Shown: positions 1 to 9,219, counted from the first letter of the stretch. The stretch is DNA of 64,000 nt from an uncultured Bacilli bacterium (GCA_944331895.1 CALVIX010000001.1:105545-169544), one strand, 5' to 3'. Numbers and translations: made by a program. The notes: a model not told the origin generated them from the letters alone.

Positions 1-46
1 AGATCAATAAAAATAAAACAGTAGAAGACGCACAAATTGATGCCTT

Positions 47-874
47 CTACTTATAAGTTTTTTTCTGACAATGCTTACAATAATATGTTCCTCGTCCACC
101 TATAAATTCTTTCATAACCGGATTATGACAAATAGGACATTCATTCTTCCCGTGAATTGATAATTCATGTTGAAACCTCCCATGAACCCCTTCACTTGCT
201 TCAAAACTTCGAATGGTCGTTCCACCTTGTTCAATTGCCTTTTGAAGAACAAGTCTTGTCATATCGATAATAGTACGCAACTGTCTTTTTGATAAAGCGT
301 TGCTTTTTGTTTTAGGGTGAATATGTGATAAAAATAAAATTTCATCGTCGTAAATATTTCCTATTCCACTAATGATCGTCTGATCCAACAAAGCTGTTTT
401 GATTGGAATATTTTTTTTACTAAACTTTTTCTTTAAATACGATTCCGTTAAATTTTCATCCCATGGTTCTAACCCAAGAGATAAAAGTGGTTCTACCTGC
501 ATAACCTCATTTTTCGAATATAAATACATCCTACCAAATTTTCTCGTATCATGATATCTTAACTCTGTATCATCTGAAAAGAGAAAAGATACGTGTTCAT
601 GCTTTGTTCGTAAATCGTTTTTATTTTTTAAATTATATTTTCCTTCCATTCTTAAATGACTCAATAAAACATCATCGTCTAAAATAAATAAAAGCCATTT
701 CCCTCTTCTTTGAATATCGCGAATCGTCTGCGATTTCATCCTCTTTTGAAATTCTGAGATTGACGGATGTGCTACAATATTTGGATATGAAATAACGACG
801 TCGACAATCTTTTTCCCCAACACTTTTGTCTTTAATATATTTTTAACCGTTTCGACTTCTGGTAATTCCGGCAT
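47..874 (-). CDS. mutM: Formamidopyrimidine-DNA glycosylase (Fpg/MutM)
   Basis: The N-terminus is MPELPEVETV (catalytic Pro2/Glu3). The C-terminus has a zinc finger, CPICHNPV...YYCKHCQ. Length is 275 aa. It overlaps the xth stop by 32 nt. Confidence 0.9.
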   Translation of the reverse strand: MPELPEVETVKNILKTKVLGKKIVDVVISYPNIVAHPSISEFQKRMKSQTIRDIQRRGKWLLFILDDDVLLSHLRMEGKYNLKNKNDLRTKHEHVSFLFSDDTELRYHDTRKFGRMYLYSKNEVMQVEPLLSLGLEPWDENLTESYLKKKFSKKNIPIKTALLDQTIISGIGNIYDDEILFLSHIHPKTKSNALSKRQLRTIIDMTRLVLQKAIEQGGTTIRSFEASEGVHGRFQHELSIHGKNECPICHNPVMKEFIGGRGTYYCKHCQKKTYK

Positions 875-1634
875 CTTTCGTCACCTCGATTTCTAAACCG
901 ATTGGGCAATGATCACTACCAAGTACATCAGAATAAATGAGTGCATCTTGGATCTTTGATTCCAATCTAGATGACACTAAAAAATAATCGATTCGCCAAC
1001 CAATATTTTTCTCACGCACGCCTTTCCGATAACTCCACCAAGAATATGCGTCCTTCTTATTTGGATAAAGAAAGCGAAATGTATCGGTAAAGCCAGCTTG
1101 TAAAAGTTCGTCAAACTTACCTCTTTCTTCATAAGTAAAGCCAGCATTCCCAATATTTTGCTTCGCATTGCGAATATCAATTTCGTTGTGAGCTACATTA
1201 AAATCGCCACAGATCACCACATTTTTTTTACAATCTAATCGTTTCAAGTAAGAACGAAATAAATCCTCAAATCGCATACGTGATTCCATCCGTTCTAGCC
1301 CTCGTTTCACGTTTGGAACATAGACATTTACCAAATAAAAATCTTCATACTCAAGCGTAATCATTCTACCTTCATCATCATATTCTAAGTCTAATCCACC
1401 ATAAAAAACCGATATCGGTTTGTTCTTTGTATAAATCACCGTCCCAGAATAACCTTTTCTAACAGCAGGATATAGATATCTTTCATATCCCTCAGGTAAA
1501 AAGTCAAATTGATCTTCCGTCGCTTTTACTTCTTGCATGCAAAAAATATCAGCATCAACTTCTTCAAAAAATTCTTTTAATCCTTTCTTTAAACAGGCGC
1601 GAATTCCTGCGACATTCCAAGAGACAATCTTCAT
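843..1634 (-). CDS. xth: Exodeoxyribonuclease III (AP endonuclease, Xth/ExoA family)
   Basis: The N-terminus MKIVSWNVAGIRA, the motif CMQE, and the C-terminal GSDHCPIGLEIE are typical of the ExoIII/APE1 fold. Confidence 0.9.
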   Translation of the reverse strand: MKIVSWNVAGIRACLKKGLKEFFEEVDADIFCMQEVKATEDQFDFLPEGYERYLYPAVRKGYSGTVIYTKNKPISVFYGGLDLEYDDEGRMITLEYEDFYLVNVYVPNVKRGLERMESRMRFEDLFRSYLKRLDCKKNVVICGDFNVAHNEIDIRNAKQNIGNAGFTYEERGKFDELLQAGFTDTFRFLYPNKKDAYSWWSYRKGVREKNIGWRIDYFLVSSRLESKIQDALIYSDVLGSDHCPIGLEIEVTKDAGITRSRNG

Positions 1635-1635
1635 A

Positions 1636-2373
1636 CTATTCCTCCTCGTTCATACGATATGGGAATGGAAATACTAATTCAACCATTTTTTCCAACATAG
1701 GTGTTACATGCGAAAAATATAAGTCAATAGACCCAATTTCAGATGAATTCTGCTCTAATTTAAGAGAGGATGCTAAAATATCCCCCATATCGATATAATC
1801 ACAAGGATACTCCTTGAAAAGTAGATCCATCAAAATAGGATAATGTGTACACCCTAATACGATATGTTCCACTTTGTTTTCTATCATTGGTCTTAGATAT
1901 AAACTAATTGCATCCTTACATTCCGACGAGTCCATTTTTCCGCTTTCGATCAGAGGTACAAACTTTGCACAAGCGACCGTTGTCGTATTCTGATATAAAG
2001 CATCATCAAAGACATGACTATGAATCGTCATCGGTGTTGCCAGCACTCCAACAGAAGAAAACTCCCTTTCTTTCAAATACGTAATTGTTGGAGAAATGAT
2101 ATCTATCATGGGGATAGAATACTTCTTTTTTAATTCTCCATATATATTAGTACTAATGGTTCCACAGGCAATAATAACAAAATCAACCCTTTGTTCTATA
2201 AAATAATCCATGATACCAGATGCATATTCCATCAGTTGAGACTTTGTTTTTTCTCCGTATGGTAAATGTTTTGTATCTCCATAATATAAATAATCATGAT
2301 TAGGATATCGTTTTACAATCTGTCTTAAAACCGTTAATCCTCCCAAGCCTGAATCGCATACTCCTATTTTCAT
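1636..2373 (-). CDS. murI: Glutamate racemase
   Basis: It has MKIGVCDSGLGGLTVL and the Asp/Glu racemase motifs IIACGTIS and VLGCTHYP. An RBS GAGGAAG lies upstream. Confidence 0.9.
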   Translation of the reverse strand: MKIGVCDSGLGGLTVLRQIVKRYPNHDYLYYGDTKHLPYGEKTKSQLMEYASGIMDYFIEQRVDFVIIACGTISTNIYGELKKKYSIPMIDIISPTITYLKEREFSSVGVLATPMTIHSHVFDDALYQNTTTVACAKFVPLIESGKMDSSECKDAISLYLRPMIENKVEHIVLGCTHYPILMDLLFKEYPCDYIDMGDILASSLKLEQNSSEIGSIDLYFSHVTPMLEKMVELVFPFPYRMNEEE

Positions 2374-2412
2374 GTTTTAAACTTCCTCTCATTATTTTTT
2401 ATTATATCAAAA

Positions 2413-2438
2413 AAAGTCAAAAATTAAAATTTGACTTT
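2413..2438 (-). terminator. Rho-independent terminator after the 154-aa membrane protein gene
   Basis: A 9-bp stem AAAGTCAAA/TTTGACTTT has an 8-nt loop. On the minus strand it is followed by TTTTTTTGAT. Confidence 0.5.
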
Positions 2439-2903
2439 CTATTGAGCTACAAGTTTTTGAACACTATACCCTAACGCTGCTACGATAAGTAGTCCTGTGA
2501 CAATTGGATTGATGAGAAAATTCCAAACCTTACCAAAACCAGAAATATTTAAGACAACCTTCCCAACGATGATATCCGAGTTAATGGTCGTTCCTCCCAT
2601 ACCATTATCTTTCTCTAACGTTACATTTTGATCAGTTACAGCTGTTACTTTTCCAACATCTATAAAAAGACCATTTTTATAAACGACAACGTCATCAATC
2701 GCATAGGTATCAACTTCTTGTAGGATGACAAAGTCTCCCATTTTCGCCTCAGTACTCATCCCATCTACACCAATTTCCATCATAGTAAATCCAGATAATT
2801 TAGGTATTTCTTCAGCATCATTTAATTTTTTAAAATTAAAGAACAATCCTAAAAAAATAATAACACCGACGAATACACCTATAATAATTTTGATAACTTT
2901 CAT
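2439..2903 (-). CDS. Membrane-anchored hypothetical protein (single N-terminal TM), paralog of the next gene
   Basis: A hydrophobic N-terminal TM (IIIGVFVGVIIFLGLFF) is followed by a roughly 120-aa extracytoplasmic domain. The RBS is AAGGGGGA. The motif EIGVDGMSTEAKMGDFVILQEVD weakly resembles signal-peptidase I but cannot be confirmed. Confidence 0.5.
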   Translation of the reverse strand: MKVIKIIIGVFVGVIIFLGLFFNFKKLNDAEEIPKLSGFTMMEIGVDGMSTEAKMGDFVILQEVDTYAIDDVVVYKNGLFIDVGKVTAVTDQNVTLEKDNGMGGTTINSDIIVGKVVLNISGFGKVWNFLINPIVTGLLIVAALGYSVQKLVAQ

Positions 2904-2915
2904 ATTTTCCCCCTT

Positions 2916-3398
2916 TTACACCACATATTTGATAGATGTTTTATGCAAAAAATATGTGAATACAACAGTCGCTAAAAGACCTATTGTTAACGGATGCGTT
3001 ACTAAAGTCCACCATCTCATACCATCATGAAGACAAAAGGCCAATGACCCAATAATATCTCTATGTGGAACGAAACTCTCATTGATAAGACTCGTTTCCT
3101 TTCGAGGAAACACCCCATACTCTGTCGTATCGACAACGCGTGCAACATCATGATGCATTCCATTTTGATACATGATAATATCACTAATATTATAAGTATC
3201 TTTCTCATGCACAAGCATCATATCTCCAATTTTCACTTGGTCTCCAAAACCATCGTAGGTCACTTCCATCAACTTATAATTGCCTACTTGAAAATCCCAA
3301 CTAGGATCTTTTGATTTCATGTGATTTGTATATAATCCTAATGTAATAACAGATAATATCAGCGCTAACACAACCCCCTTGATTGTTTTTTTTAGCAT
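2916..3398 (-). CDS. Membrane-anchored hypothetical protein, paralog of 2439..2903
   Basis: The architecture is the same as 2439..2903: an N-terminal TM, then a conserved block VKIGDMMLVHEKDTYNISDIIMYQNG versus MGDFVILQEVDTYAIDDVVVYKNG. The likely start is the ATG at 3398 (MLKK) with RBS GAGGGA. The six-frame start at 3410 has no RBS. Confidence 0.5.
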   Translation of the reverse strand: MLKKTIKGVVLALILSVITLGLYTNHMKSKDPSWDFQVGNYKLMEVTYDGFGDQVKIGDMMLVHEKDTYNISDIIMYQNGMHHDVARVVDTTEYGVFPRKETSLINESFVPHRDIIGSLAFCLHDGMRWWTLVTHPLTIGLLATVVFTYFLHKTSIKYVV

Positions 3399-3516
3399 AC
3401 TATCCCTCACATGTTATACATAATATACCACAAAATCTATCACCAAGCAACGAGAAAAAAACAAAGAAAAGTCTTTTTCGTTCTCGAAAACTTTATAATT
3501 CCAAGAAAAAAAGCAA

Positions 3517-4173
3517 TTACTTGCTTTTATCTACATCAATTATCGTTTCTATCATTTGTTCAAATTTATCTTCATTTACCGTTCCATCTTCTTGAACATA
3601 AACTGCCATAACGAGTTGATCATCATCCGCAGGATAATAGATAATGTATCCTTGTTGTCCCTCAGGTGTTTGTACACTTAATCGAACAGTCTGTACGTCC
3701 TTGATTTTTGGGTATGCTACATCGCTAATTTCAAAATCCGAATACATCTCTGATGTTATCGATAACACTAATTCAAAATCTTGTCTCATCATTTGATAAA
3801 ATGTACTAAAATCATTCCCAGATAATATCTGTACATAGAAAGCCGCGTCTTCCGCATCATTTAAAATTGCTAAACTTCCTTCTTCACTATCGTTGTAAGT
3901 ATATCCGTTTGCAACTGGAATTCCATAACCATCCAACGTATAAATAAACCCTTTGTTCAAATTCTTAAATAATGGAAATAACAAAATAGCTGATATGACA
4001 AGTACGATAGCAAGTACGATAAATACGTCGTATTTCTGCCATACGGTCTCATTTTTCTCCCGTGTCTGCTCGACTATTTGCTTCTCTTTTGCTTCCTCCG
4101 TTACTCTCTCACCACATTGCGTACAAAATGATGCATCTTCTGGAATATCATGTCCACATTTCTTACACTTCAT
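3517..4173 (-). CDS. Zinc-ribbon (CxxC...CxxC) membrane protein with an extracellular domain
   Basis: The N-terminus MKCKKCGHDIPEDASFCTQCG is a zinc ribbon. A TM follows (VFIVLAIVLVISAILLFPLF). The C-terminal domain shares YIIYYPADDDQLVMAVYVQED with the next gene. Confidence 0.6.
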   Translation of the reverse strand: MKCKKCGHDIPEDASFCTQCGERVTEEAKEKQIVEQTREKNETVWQKYDVFIVLAIVLVISAILLFPLFKNLNKGFIYTLDGYGIPVANGYTYNDSEEGSLAILNDAEDAAFYVQILSGNDFSTFYQMMRQDFELVLSITSEMYSDFEISDVAYPKIKDVQTVRLSVQTPEGQQGYIIYYPADDDQLVMAVYVQEDGTVNEDKFEQMIETIIDVDKSK

Positions 4174-4241
4174 CCTAACCTCTCCTAACTAACTATATCA
4201 TACTAAGTTTATATATTCTGTGTCAACGTATAAAAAGAAAA

Positions 4242-4259
4242 AATAGTCGTTACACTATT
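4242..4259 (-). terminator. Terminator hairpin after the 444-aa zinc-ribbon gene
   Basis: The stem AATAGT/ACTATT has loop CGTTAC. It is followed by a T-run on the minus strand and overlaps the stop codon. Confidence 0.45.
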
Positions 4260-5589
4260 TTTCATTCAACACGATATTTAATAAATTTCTAGTCATCTCA
4301 TCAGCTTGTGTTTGATTTAAAATTTGATCTTTTGGCACGTATGTTGCCAGGATGATTTTATCATCTGGCGTTGTCGTATAAATGATGTAGGAACTATCTG
4401 TCTCTGTTGTGCGGGTAATCATAATAAAAGATTGTCCTTCTATGTTTTTCTGCTCCACCCGTTTTACTGCATCAACACCATATTGCATCTTCATTTGATT
4501 GATAAAATTCTCCTGATTCGATAAATAACCATTTTCAAAAGCTAAATAAGAATCAGGTAATATTTGAACATTCATACTTGCACTTTGATCCTTTGATTCG
4601 ATTACAAAAGCACTCTCTTGCTCTGTCACTTTATAATTTTGGTCAATTTGAAATGTGTATATATCGTAAGAAAAAGGTTCTGTCGTATCTTTTGGCACAA
4701 AAAAGTATTGATATCCAAAAAATCCAACGACACCGACAATCACAATTCCAACGAGTAATAAAGCAATCTTATTGATCATTTGTACCATACGATTTGTCTT
4801 TTCACGTGCAACTCGTTTCTTTTCTAACTCTGCATACTCTTGCGGTGTTGGCTCATTCATTCCTCTTAATAAATCTGGTTTTTCCATCGGTGCCGATGAT
4901 TCTTGTGCTTTTACAACTGGTTGTGGTTCTGATGGCATATGAACTACTTTTTTCTCTTCAGGCTTCTCTTCATCTGTCCATGTCGTATTATTCTCTTGTG
5001 GCCTTATATTGACCTCTAACTCGTCAACCGGTTGCTCCATAACTGGTTCTGGTTCTACAACTGTACTAGTCGCAAGAGGAATTCCTCCTTGCGTCGTCGG
5101 TGCATTTACTTCTTGAACATTACCTTCTAAAGCGGTTTCGACGACAGGTTGTATTTCCCCTGCCGGCGCACTATCTTGAACTGGCTCGGCAGTCTGAGTC
5201 ATATTCTGTATCACTGGCTCACTTACTTCTGGCACCACTTCTTCATTCGGAACTACTTCAGTAACAGGTTGTGATTCCGATATTGTATTCATCTCAGTTG
5301 AAACAACTTCTGCTACCGGCGCACTATCTTGAACTGTGTCTGTCGGCTGCGTCATAGACGTATCTCCAACATTTTCTGTTTGTGGAATCTCATTAGAATG
5401 ATTTAAATCTGGCGTAGGCTCTGAAACATTTGTGATTTCTTCCTGAGAAATCACTTCCGAAACCGGAGATGATATTTCCGAAAAATCAGGAATGGGAGTC
5501 TGATCTATTGTTTTAGGCGCTGGTGCACCACAATTTGGACAAGTCTCTGAACCTGCTGGAATGACTGTCCCACATTTTTCACACAACAT
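4255..5589 (-). CDS. Zinc-ribbon membrane protein with a long Pro/Glu/Val/Thr-rich low-complexity linker, paralog of 3517..4173
   Basis: MLCEKCGTVIPAGSETCPNCG is a zinc ribbon. About 250 aa of PEV/PV repeats follow, then a TM (IALLLVGIVIVGVVGFFGY). The C-terminal domain YIIYTTTPDDKIILATYVPKD is homologous to the upstream gene. Confidence 0.6.
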   Translation of the reverse strand: MLCEKCGTVIPAGSETCPNCGAPAPKTIDQTPIPDFSEISSPVSEVISQEEITNVSEPTPDLNHSNEIPQTENVGDTSMTQPTDTVQDSAPVAEVVSTEMNTISESQPVTEVVPNEEVVPEVSEPVIQNMTQTAEPVQDSAPAGEIQPVVETALEGNVQEVNAPTTQGGIPLATSTVVEPEPVMEQPVDELEVNIRPQENNTTWTDEEKPEEKKVVHMPSEPQPVVKAQESSAPMEKPDLLRGMNEPTPQEYAELEKKRVAREKTNRMVQMINKIALLLVGIVIVGVVGFFGYQYFFVPKDTTEPFSYDIYTFQIDQNYKVTEQESAFVIESKDQSASMNVQILPDSYLAFENGYLSNQENFINQMKMQYGVDAVKRVEQKNIEGQSFIMITRTTETDSSYIIYTTTPDDKIILATYVPKDQILNQTQADEMTRNLLNIVLNEK

Positions 5590-5613
5590 GCGATCTACCC
5601 CCTTATACTTTTT

Positions 5614-5642
5614 ATATTACTGATATCCTATAGCAAAGTCAA
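5614..5642 (-). promoter_or_regulatory. Sigma-A type promoter for the 444-aa zinc-ribbon gene
   Basis: On the minus strand: TTGACT, a 17-bp spacer, TAATAT, then RBS AAGGGGG and the ATG at 5589. Confidence 0.45.
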
Positions 5643-5698
5643 CGAACCATAATAACTTTACAATAATAGTATTATAATTTGACAATCTAATTGACACG

Positions 5699-6343
5699 TC
5701 AACCTTTTAAGTTGACACCTAATGCTCCGACGATATATTGAGCTTGAAAAGGATCGATTACCATTCCTTTTAAAGAAAAAGAATCAAATTGAGTTCCATA
5801 TATATCACATGTAGAAAAATCAATATCTGCTAATGATGTATGAATAAATTCTGTTCTTTCAAAATTTACGTTGTTCAATTCAACCTCTTTTAATGTCGTC
5901 TCCAAAAAAGTAGTGTCTTCCCATCCACATTCGTCAATTAACATTTGATTGACTTTAGCTCCCGATAAATTAAGATACCTACAATTACACTTGATAAACT
6001 GAATATCCCGTAACGACGCATCACAAAACGTAGTTCCAGTCAATCTACAATTCTTAAAAATCACTCGACTTAACAACTTTTTATCAAAATGTTGATTAGA
6101 AAGATCACAGTTTTCAAATATAACGTCAACCATATCGACATTCTCTAATAAAACATTCGTAAAATTTATATTTTGAAATATACAACTATCGATTGTAATC
6201 TCTTCGATTTTTATGGATGAATCAATCAAAGCCTCTTTAAAAATTCCATATTCTAACTCACCGTGTTGACAACATTTCTCTAACGACTTTTCTTCTAAAT
6301 GCGTTAATTTTGGCTCTTTTATTTTTCGTTTCTTTTCTGACAT
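5699..6343 (-). CDS. Pentapeptide-repeat protein (Qnr/MfpA-like topoisomerase-protection family)
   Basis: It has about 30 consecutive A(D/N)LxX-type pentapeptides (NINFTNVLLENVDMVDVIFENCDLSNQHFDKKLLSRVIFKNCRLTGTTFCDASLRDIQF...). The probable ATG start is at 6343 (MSEKK, RBS GTGGGTGA). The six-frame 'M' at 6361 is a GTG codon. The protein is about 214 aa, as Qnr proteins are. Confidence 0.75.
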   Translation of the reverse strand: MSEKKRKIKEPKLTHLEEKSLEKCCQHGELEYGIFKEALIDSSIKIEEITIDSCIFQNINFTNVLLENVDMVDVIFENCDLSNQHFDKKLLSRVIFKNCRLTGTTFCDASLRDIQFIKCNCRYLNLSGAKVNQMLIDECGWEDTTFLETTLKEVELNNVNFERTEFIHTSLADIDFSTCDIYGTQFDSFSLKGMVIDPFQAQYIVGALGVNLKG

Positions 6344-6478
6344 ATCATCACCCACGATCACTATTTACTCTAGAATGTACATAATCGAAGTAAATTTTGT
6401 ACTTGATATTTCCACTCTCCAAATTCATTCTAACACTGATCCCATTCTTTTTCAATGCAAAGAACGAGTCATTCTTCT

Positions 6479-6706
6479 CTACAAAAGATCAATACTCTCA
6501 ACTGAGTAGCCAAGATTTGCAATCGTCTGTCTTATTTTCTCATCTTCAATTTCTTTTTTTAAAACAATGATAACTTTCTTATTTTCTAAATTTACCTCTA
6601 CTGATTTTATTTCGCGCAAATTCGAAAGTGCATTTTCCACTCTCTTTTGACAATGTTCACAATGCATCCCATTGACAATGATTACTTTTTTTATTCTCTT
6701 TAACAT
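6479..6706 (-). CDS. copZ: Copper chaperone CopZ (heavy-metal-associated domain)
   Basis: It is 75 aa with the HMA motif GMHCEHCQ. It lies immediately downstream of copA (4-nt gap) and has RBS GAGGAGGG. Confidence 0.85.
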   Translation of the reverse strand: MLKRIKKVIIVNGMHCEHCQKRVENALSNLREIKSVEVNLENKKVIIVLKKEIEDEKIRQTIANLGYSVESIDLL

Positions 6707-6716
6707 AAGTCCCTCC

Positions 6717-8921
6717 TCATCGTATTGTTTTTAATCGTAATGCATTTAAAATTACCGTAAAACTACTAAACATCATAGCAAAACCTGCAAGCATTGGATG
6801 AAGTGTAATTCCAAAGCCACGGAATAACCCTATTGCAATTGGAATCATTAAAGCATTGTAAAAAAATGCCCAAAATAGATTTTGCTTGATATTTTTTATC
6901 GTATGTTTACTAATATCTAATAAACGTAAGACATCATTCAAATCTTCTTTCATTAAAATGACATCCGCTGCATCTGTTGCAATATCCGTAGAACCACTCA
7001 TACTAAGTCCAACATCTGCATGCGCTAAAGCAGGAGAATCATTGATACCATCTCCACACATCATAACGATATGCCCTTCTTTTTTTAATGTATCAATATA
7101 ATTTAATTTTTCTTTCGGAAGTACATTTGCTACAATCGTACCTACATTCAACTTTCTTCCAATCTTATCAGCTACATTCTTATGATCCCCTGTTAATAAA
7201 ACCGTATGAATTTTCTTTTCGTGTAATTGTGCAATCACATCTTTTGCTTCTTCACGAACGACGTCATTAACGCCAATTAGTCCAACTACACAATTTTCTA
7301 GTACCACAAAGATAATACTATTTCCTTCATTTGAAAATTGCTCGATTTCTTTTTGATAGTTATGCTCTAAATGATGATGTTTTAATAAAGATTCGTTTCC
7401 TAACATCATTTTTTTACCATTCACAGTTCCTCCAATACCCTCTCCAGACATGTTTTTAAAATCAGCAACATCTAATGGTTTTAAATTGTTCTGTTTCATA
7501 TATAGCTCAAATGCTCCACGAATCGGATGCGTCGATTGTAATTCTAAACTGCTGATCCACAATAATAACGTCTTTTCATCGATATTACTATGATTTACGA
7601 AATGTGCGATTCTTAAACGTCCATAAGTTAAAGTCCCTGTCTTATCAAAAACAATCGTATCAACTTTGGAAGATAATTCTAAAATCTCGCTATGTTTTAC
7701 TAAAATTCCTTGGCTTGCGCACAAACCTTCACTTACGACAATTGCTAGCGGCGTTGCAAGCCCTAGTGCACAAGGACACGCAACAACTAAAATCGTAACA
7801 AACGTGTTGACAGCCTCATCCATAGAATATCCGAAAATAAGATATGTAATAAATGTAAGGATTGCAAGTAGGATAACGACAGGAACAAAATATCCACTCA
7901 CTCGATCGGCAAGTTTCGCAATTGGCATTTTTGTATTTGTCGCTTCCATAACGAGCCTGACAATCTCAGAAATCGTAGAATCCTTTCCGATCTTTTCAGC
8001 ACGATATTCTAGATACCCATCGTAATTGATACTTCCTGCAATTACCTTCTCATCCTTACTTTTGGCTACAGGTTTTGATTCTCCTGTAATAAGTGATTCG
8101 TCGATATGTGCACTTCCCTTTACAACTGTTCCATCAACTGCTATTTTTTCACCTGCTTTACAAATGACAATATCTCCTGGTTGTACCTCATCAATCGTCA
8201 CTTTTTCTTCCGTTCCTCTTCGTTTTATCACTGCACTCGTAGGTGTAATCTGTACTAATTTTTGTATTGCCTCCTTCGTCTTATTTTTATTGACCGCATC
8301 GATATATCTTCCTAACTTAATAAAGAATATTACAATTGCAGTAGACTCAAAATATAAATGTTCTACGTATTCCAACTTTCCATAAAAAATCAATATCATG
8401 TGATAAACACTATAAAGAAAACTAGAAATCACCCCGATCATCACTAGTGTATCCATATTAGGAGTACGATGAATCAAATTAGTCCATCCACTTTTTATAA
8501 TGTCAAATCCGTAAATTAAAAATAAAAAAGAAAGAGTGCATAATACGCTGCTATAAATTCTGGGATTATGATGCATATGAAGAGCCTCTACGACAGGTAA
8601 CCCAAACATCGTTCCCATAGATAAATAAAGAATCATCAATGCAAGAAAGCCAAATAGAAAAAACATAATTTTCTCCTTGCGATGCGTTTCTTTTTCCGCA
8701 TTCACACGATAAATTCCTGTACTACGAAATCCTGCTTCTTTAATAAATCGTTCGATCTTTTTTTGATCTAAATACGCCTCGTCATAATCGATAGAAGCGG
8801 TGGCCATCACTAAGTTCACCACTGCAGATTTAATTCCTTCTTGTCGATTTAAATATTTTTCTAATCCATTTGAACAGGCACTACAACTCATTCCATCAAT
8901 TCCAAGTATAATTTTCTTCAT
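6717..8921 (-). CDS. copA: Cu(I)-translocating P1B-type ATPase
   Basis: The N-terminal metal-binding domain is GMSCSACS. The TM CPC motif is CPCALGLATP. The phosphorylation site is DKTGTLT and the hinge is GDGINDSPAL. Length is 734 aa. Confidence 0.95.
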   Translation of the reverse strand: MKKIILGIDGMSCSACSNGLEKYLNRQEGIKSAVVNLVMATASIDYDEAYLDQKKIERFIKEAGFRSTGIYRVNAEKETHRKEKIMFFLFGFLALMILYLSMGTMFGLPVVEALHMHHNPRIYSSVLCTLSFLFLIYGFDIIKSGWTNLIHRTPNMDTLVMIGVISSFLYSVYHMILIFYGKLEYVEHLYFESTAIVIFFIKLGRYIDAVNKNKTKEAIQKLVQITPTSAVIKRRGTEEKVTIDEVQPGDIVICKAGEKIAVDGTVVKGSAHIDESLITGESKPVAKSKDEKVIAGSINYDGYLEYRAEKIGKDSTISEIVRLVMEATNTKMPIAKLADRVSGYFVPVVILLAILTFITYLIFGYSMDEAVNTFVTILVVACPCALGLATPLAIVVSEGLCASQGILVKHSEILELSSKVDTIVFDKTGTLTYGRLRIAHFVNHSNIDEKTLLLWISSLELQSTHPIRGAFELYMKQNNLKPLDVADFKNMSGEGIGGTVNGKKMMLGNESLLKHHHLEHNYQKEIEQFSNEGNSIIFVVLENCVVGLIGVNDVVREEAKDVIAQLHEKKIHTVLLTGDHKNVADKIGRKLNVGTIVANVLPKEKLNYIDTLKKEGHIVMMCGDGINDSPALAHADVGLSMSGSTDIATDAADVILMKEDLNDVLRLLDISKHTIKNIKQNLFWAFFYNALMIPIAIGLFRGFGITLHPMLAGFAMMFSSFTVILNALRLKTIR

Positions 8922-9199
8922 TTTTGAAACCTCCTAAACAATTGTATTACTTCATCGATCGCTTCTATGTTTCCATCTTTCATATCATTAGAAATACATC
9001 GATATAAATGACTTTCTAACATTTCTATCGATAAACTTTGCACAGATTTCTCAATGGCCGCTAATTGAATCAAAATATCATTGCAGTATTGATCCTCTGT
9101 AATCATTCGTTTTACACCACGTACTTGTCCCTCAATTCGATTGAGACGATTCAAAAGCTTCTTCTTCTCTTGATCTGAGCGAATCGTTAATTTTTTCAT
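8918..9199 (-). CDS. csoR: Copper-sensing transcriptional repressor CsoR (RcnR/CsoR, DUF156 family)
   Basis: MKKLTIRSDQEKKKLLNRLNRIEGQVRGVKRMI...YCNDILIQLAAIEKSV matches the CsoR four-helix fold, including the conserved C/H ligand region. The start was placed at the ATG at 9199, behind RBS GGTGAG. The gene overlaps the copA start by 4 nt. Confidence 0.85.
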   Translation of the reverse strand: MKKLTIRSDQEKKKLLNRLNRIEGQVRGVKRMITEDQYCNDILIQLAAIEKSVQSLSIEMLESHLYRCISNDMKDGNIEAIDEVIQLFRRFQK

Positions 9200-9219
9200 A
9201 ATCTCACCATTTACATTAT

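Noticed and set aside
977-1180. 67-aa minus-strand ORF nested in xth, and the 3017..3214 ORF nested in the 164-aa membrane gene
   Set aside because: These are alternative frames inside well-supported genes. They have no independent signals.
2439-3398. Calling the paralogous 154-aa and 164-aa membrane proteins signal peptidase I (SipW-like)
   Set aside because: Only a vague GxSMxP..GD resemblance exists (GMSTEAKMGD). The catalytic Ser-Lys dyad spacing is not convincingly present, so they remain hypothetical.
5699-6361. Six-frame start 'M' at 6361 for the pentapeptide gene. The same issue affects esaB at 34063 and rbfA at 60163
   Set aside because: The underlying codon is GTG with no RBS. An ATG with a good Shine-Dalgarno lies 6-18 nt downstream in each case, so the starts were moved.
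7666-8385. Plus-strand ORFs of 119 aa each inside copA, and similar plus-strand ORFs inside polA, essC (35165..35644, 159 aa), infB (60341..60748, 61965..62378) and lysS
   Set aside because: They lie fully antisense to long, motif-rich minus-strand genes. They are low-complexity S/I/L-rich shadow frames with no RBS. They are typical AT-rich antisense artefacts.
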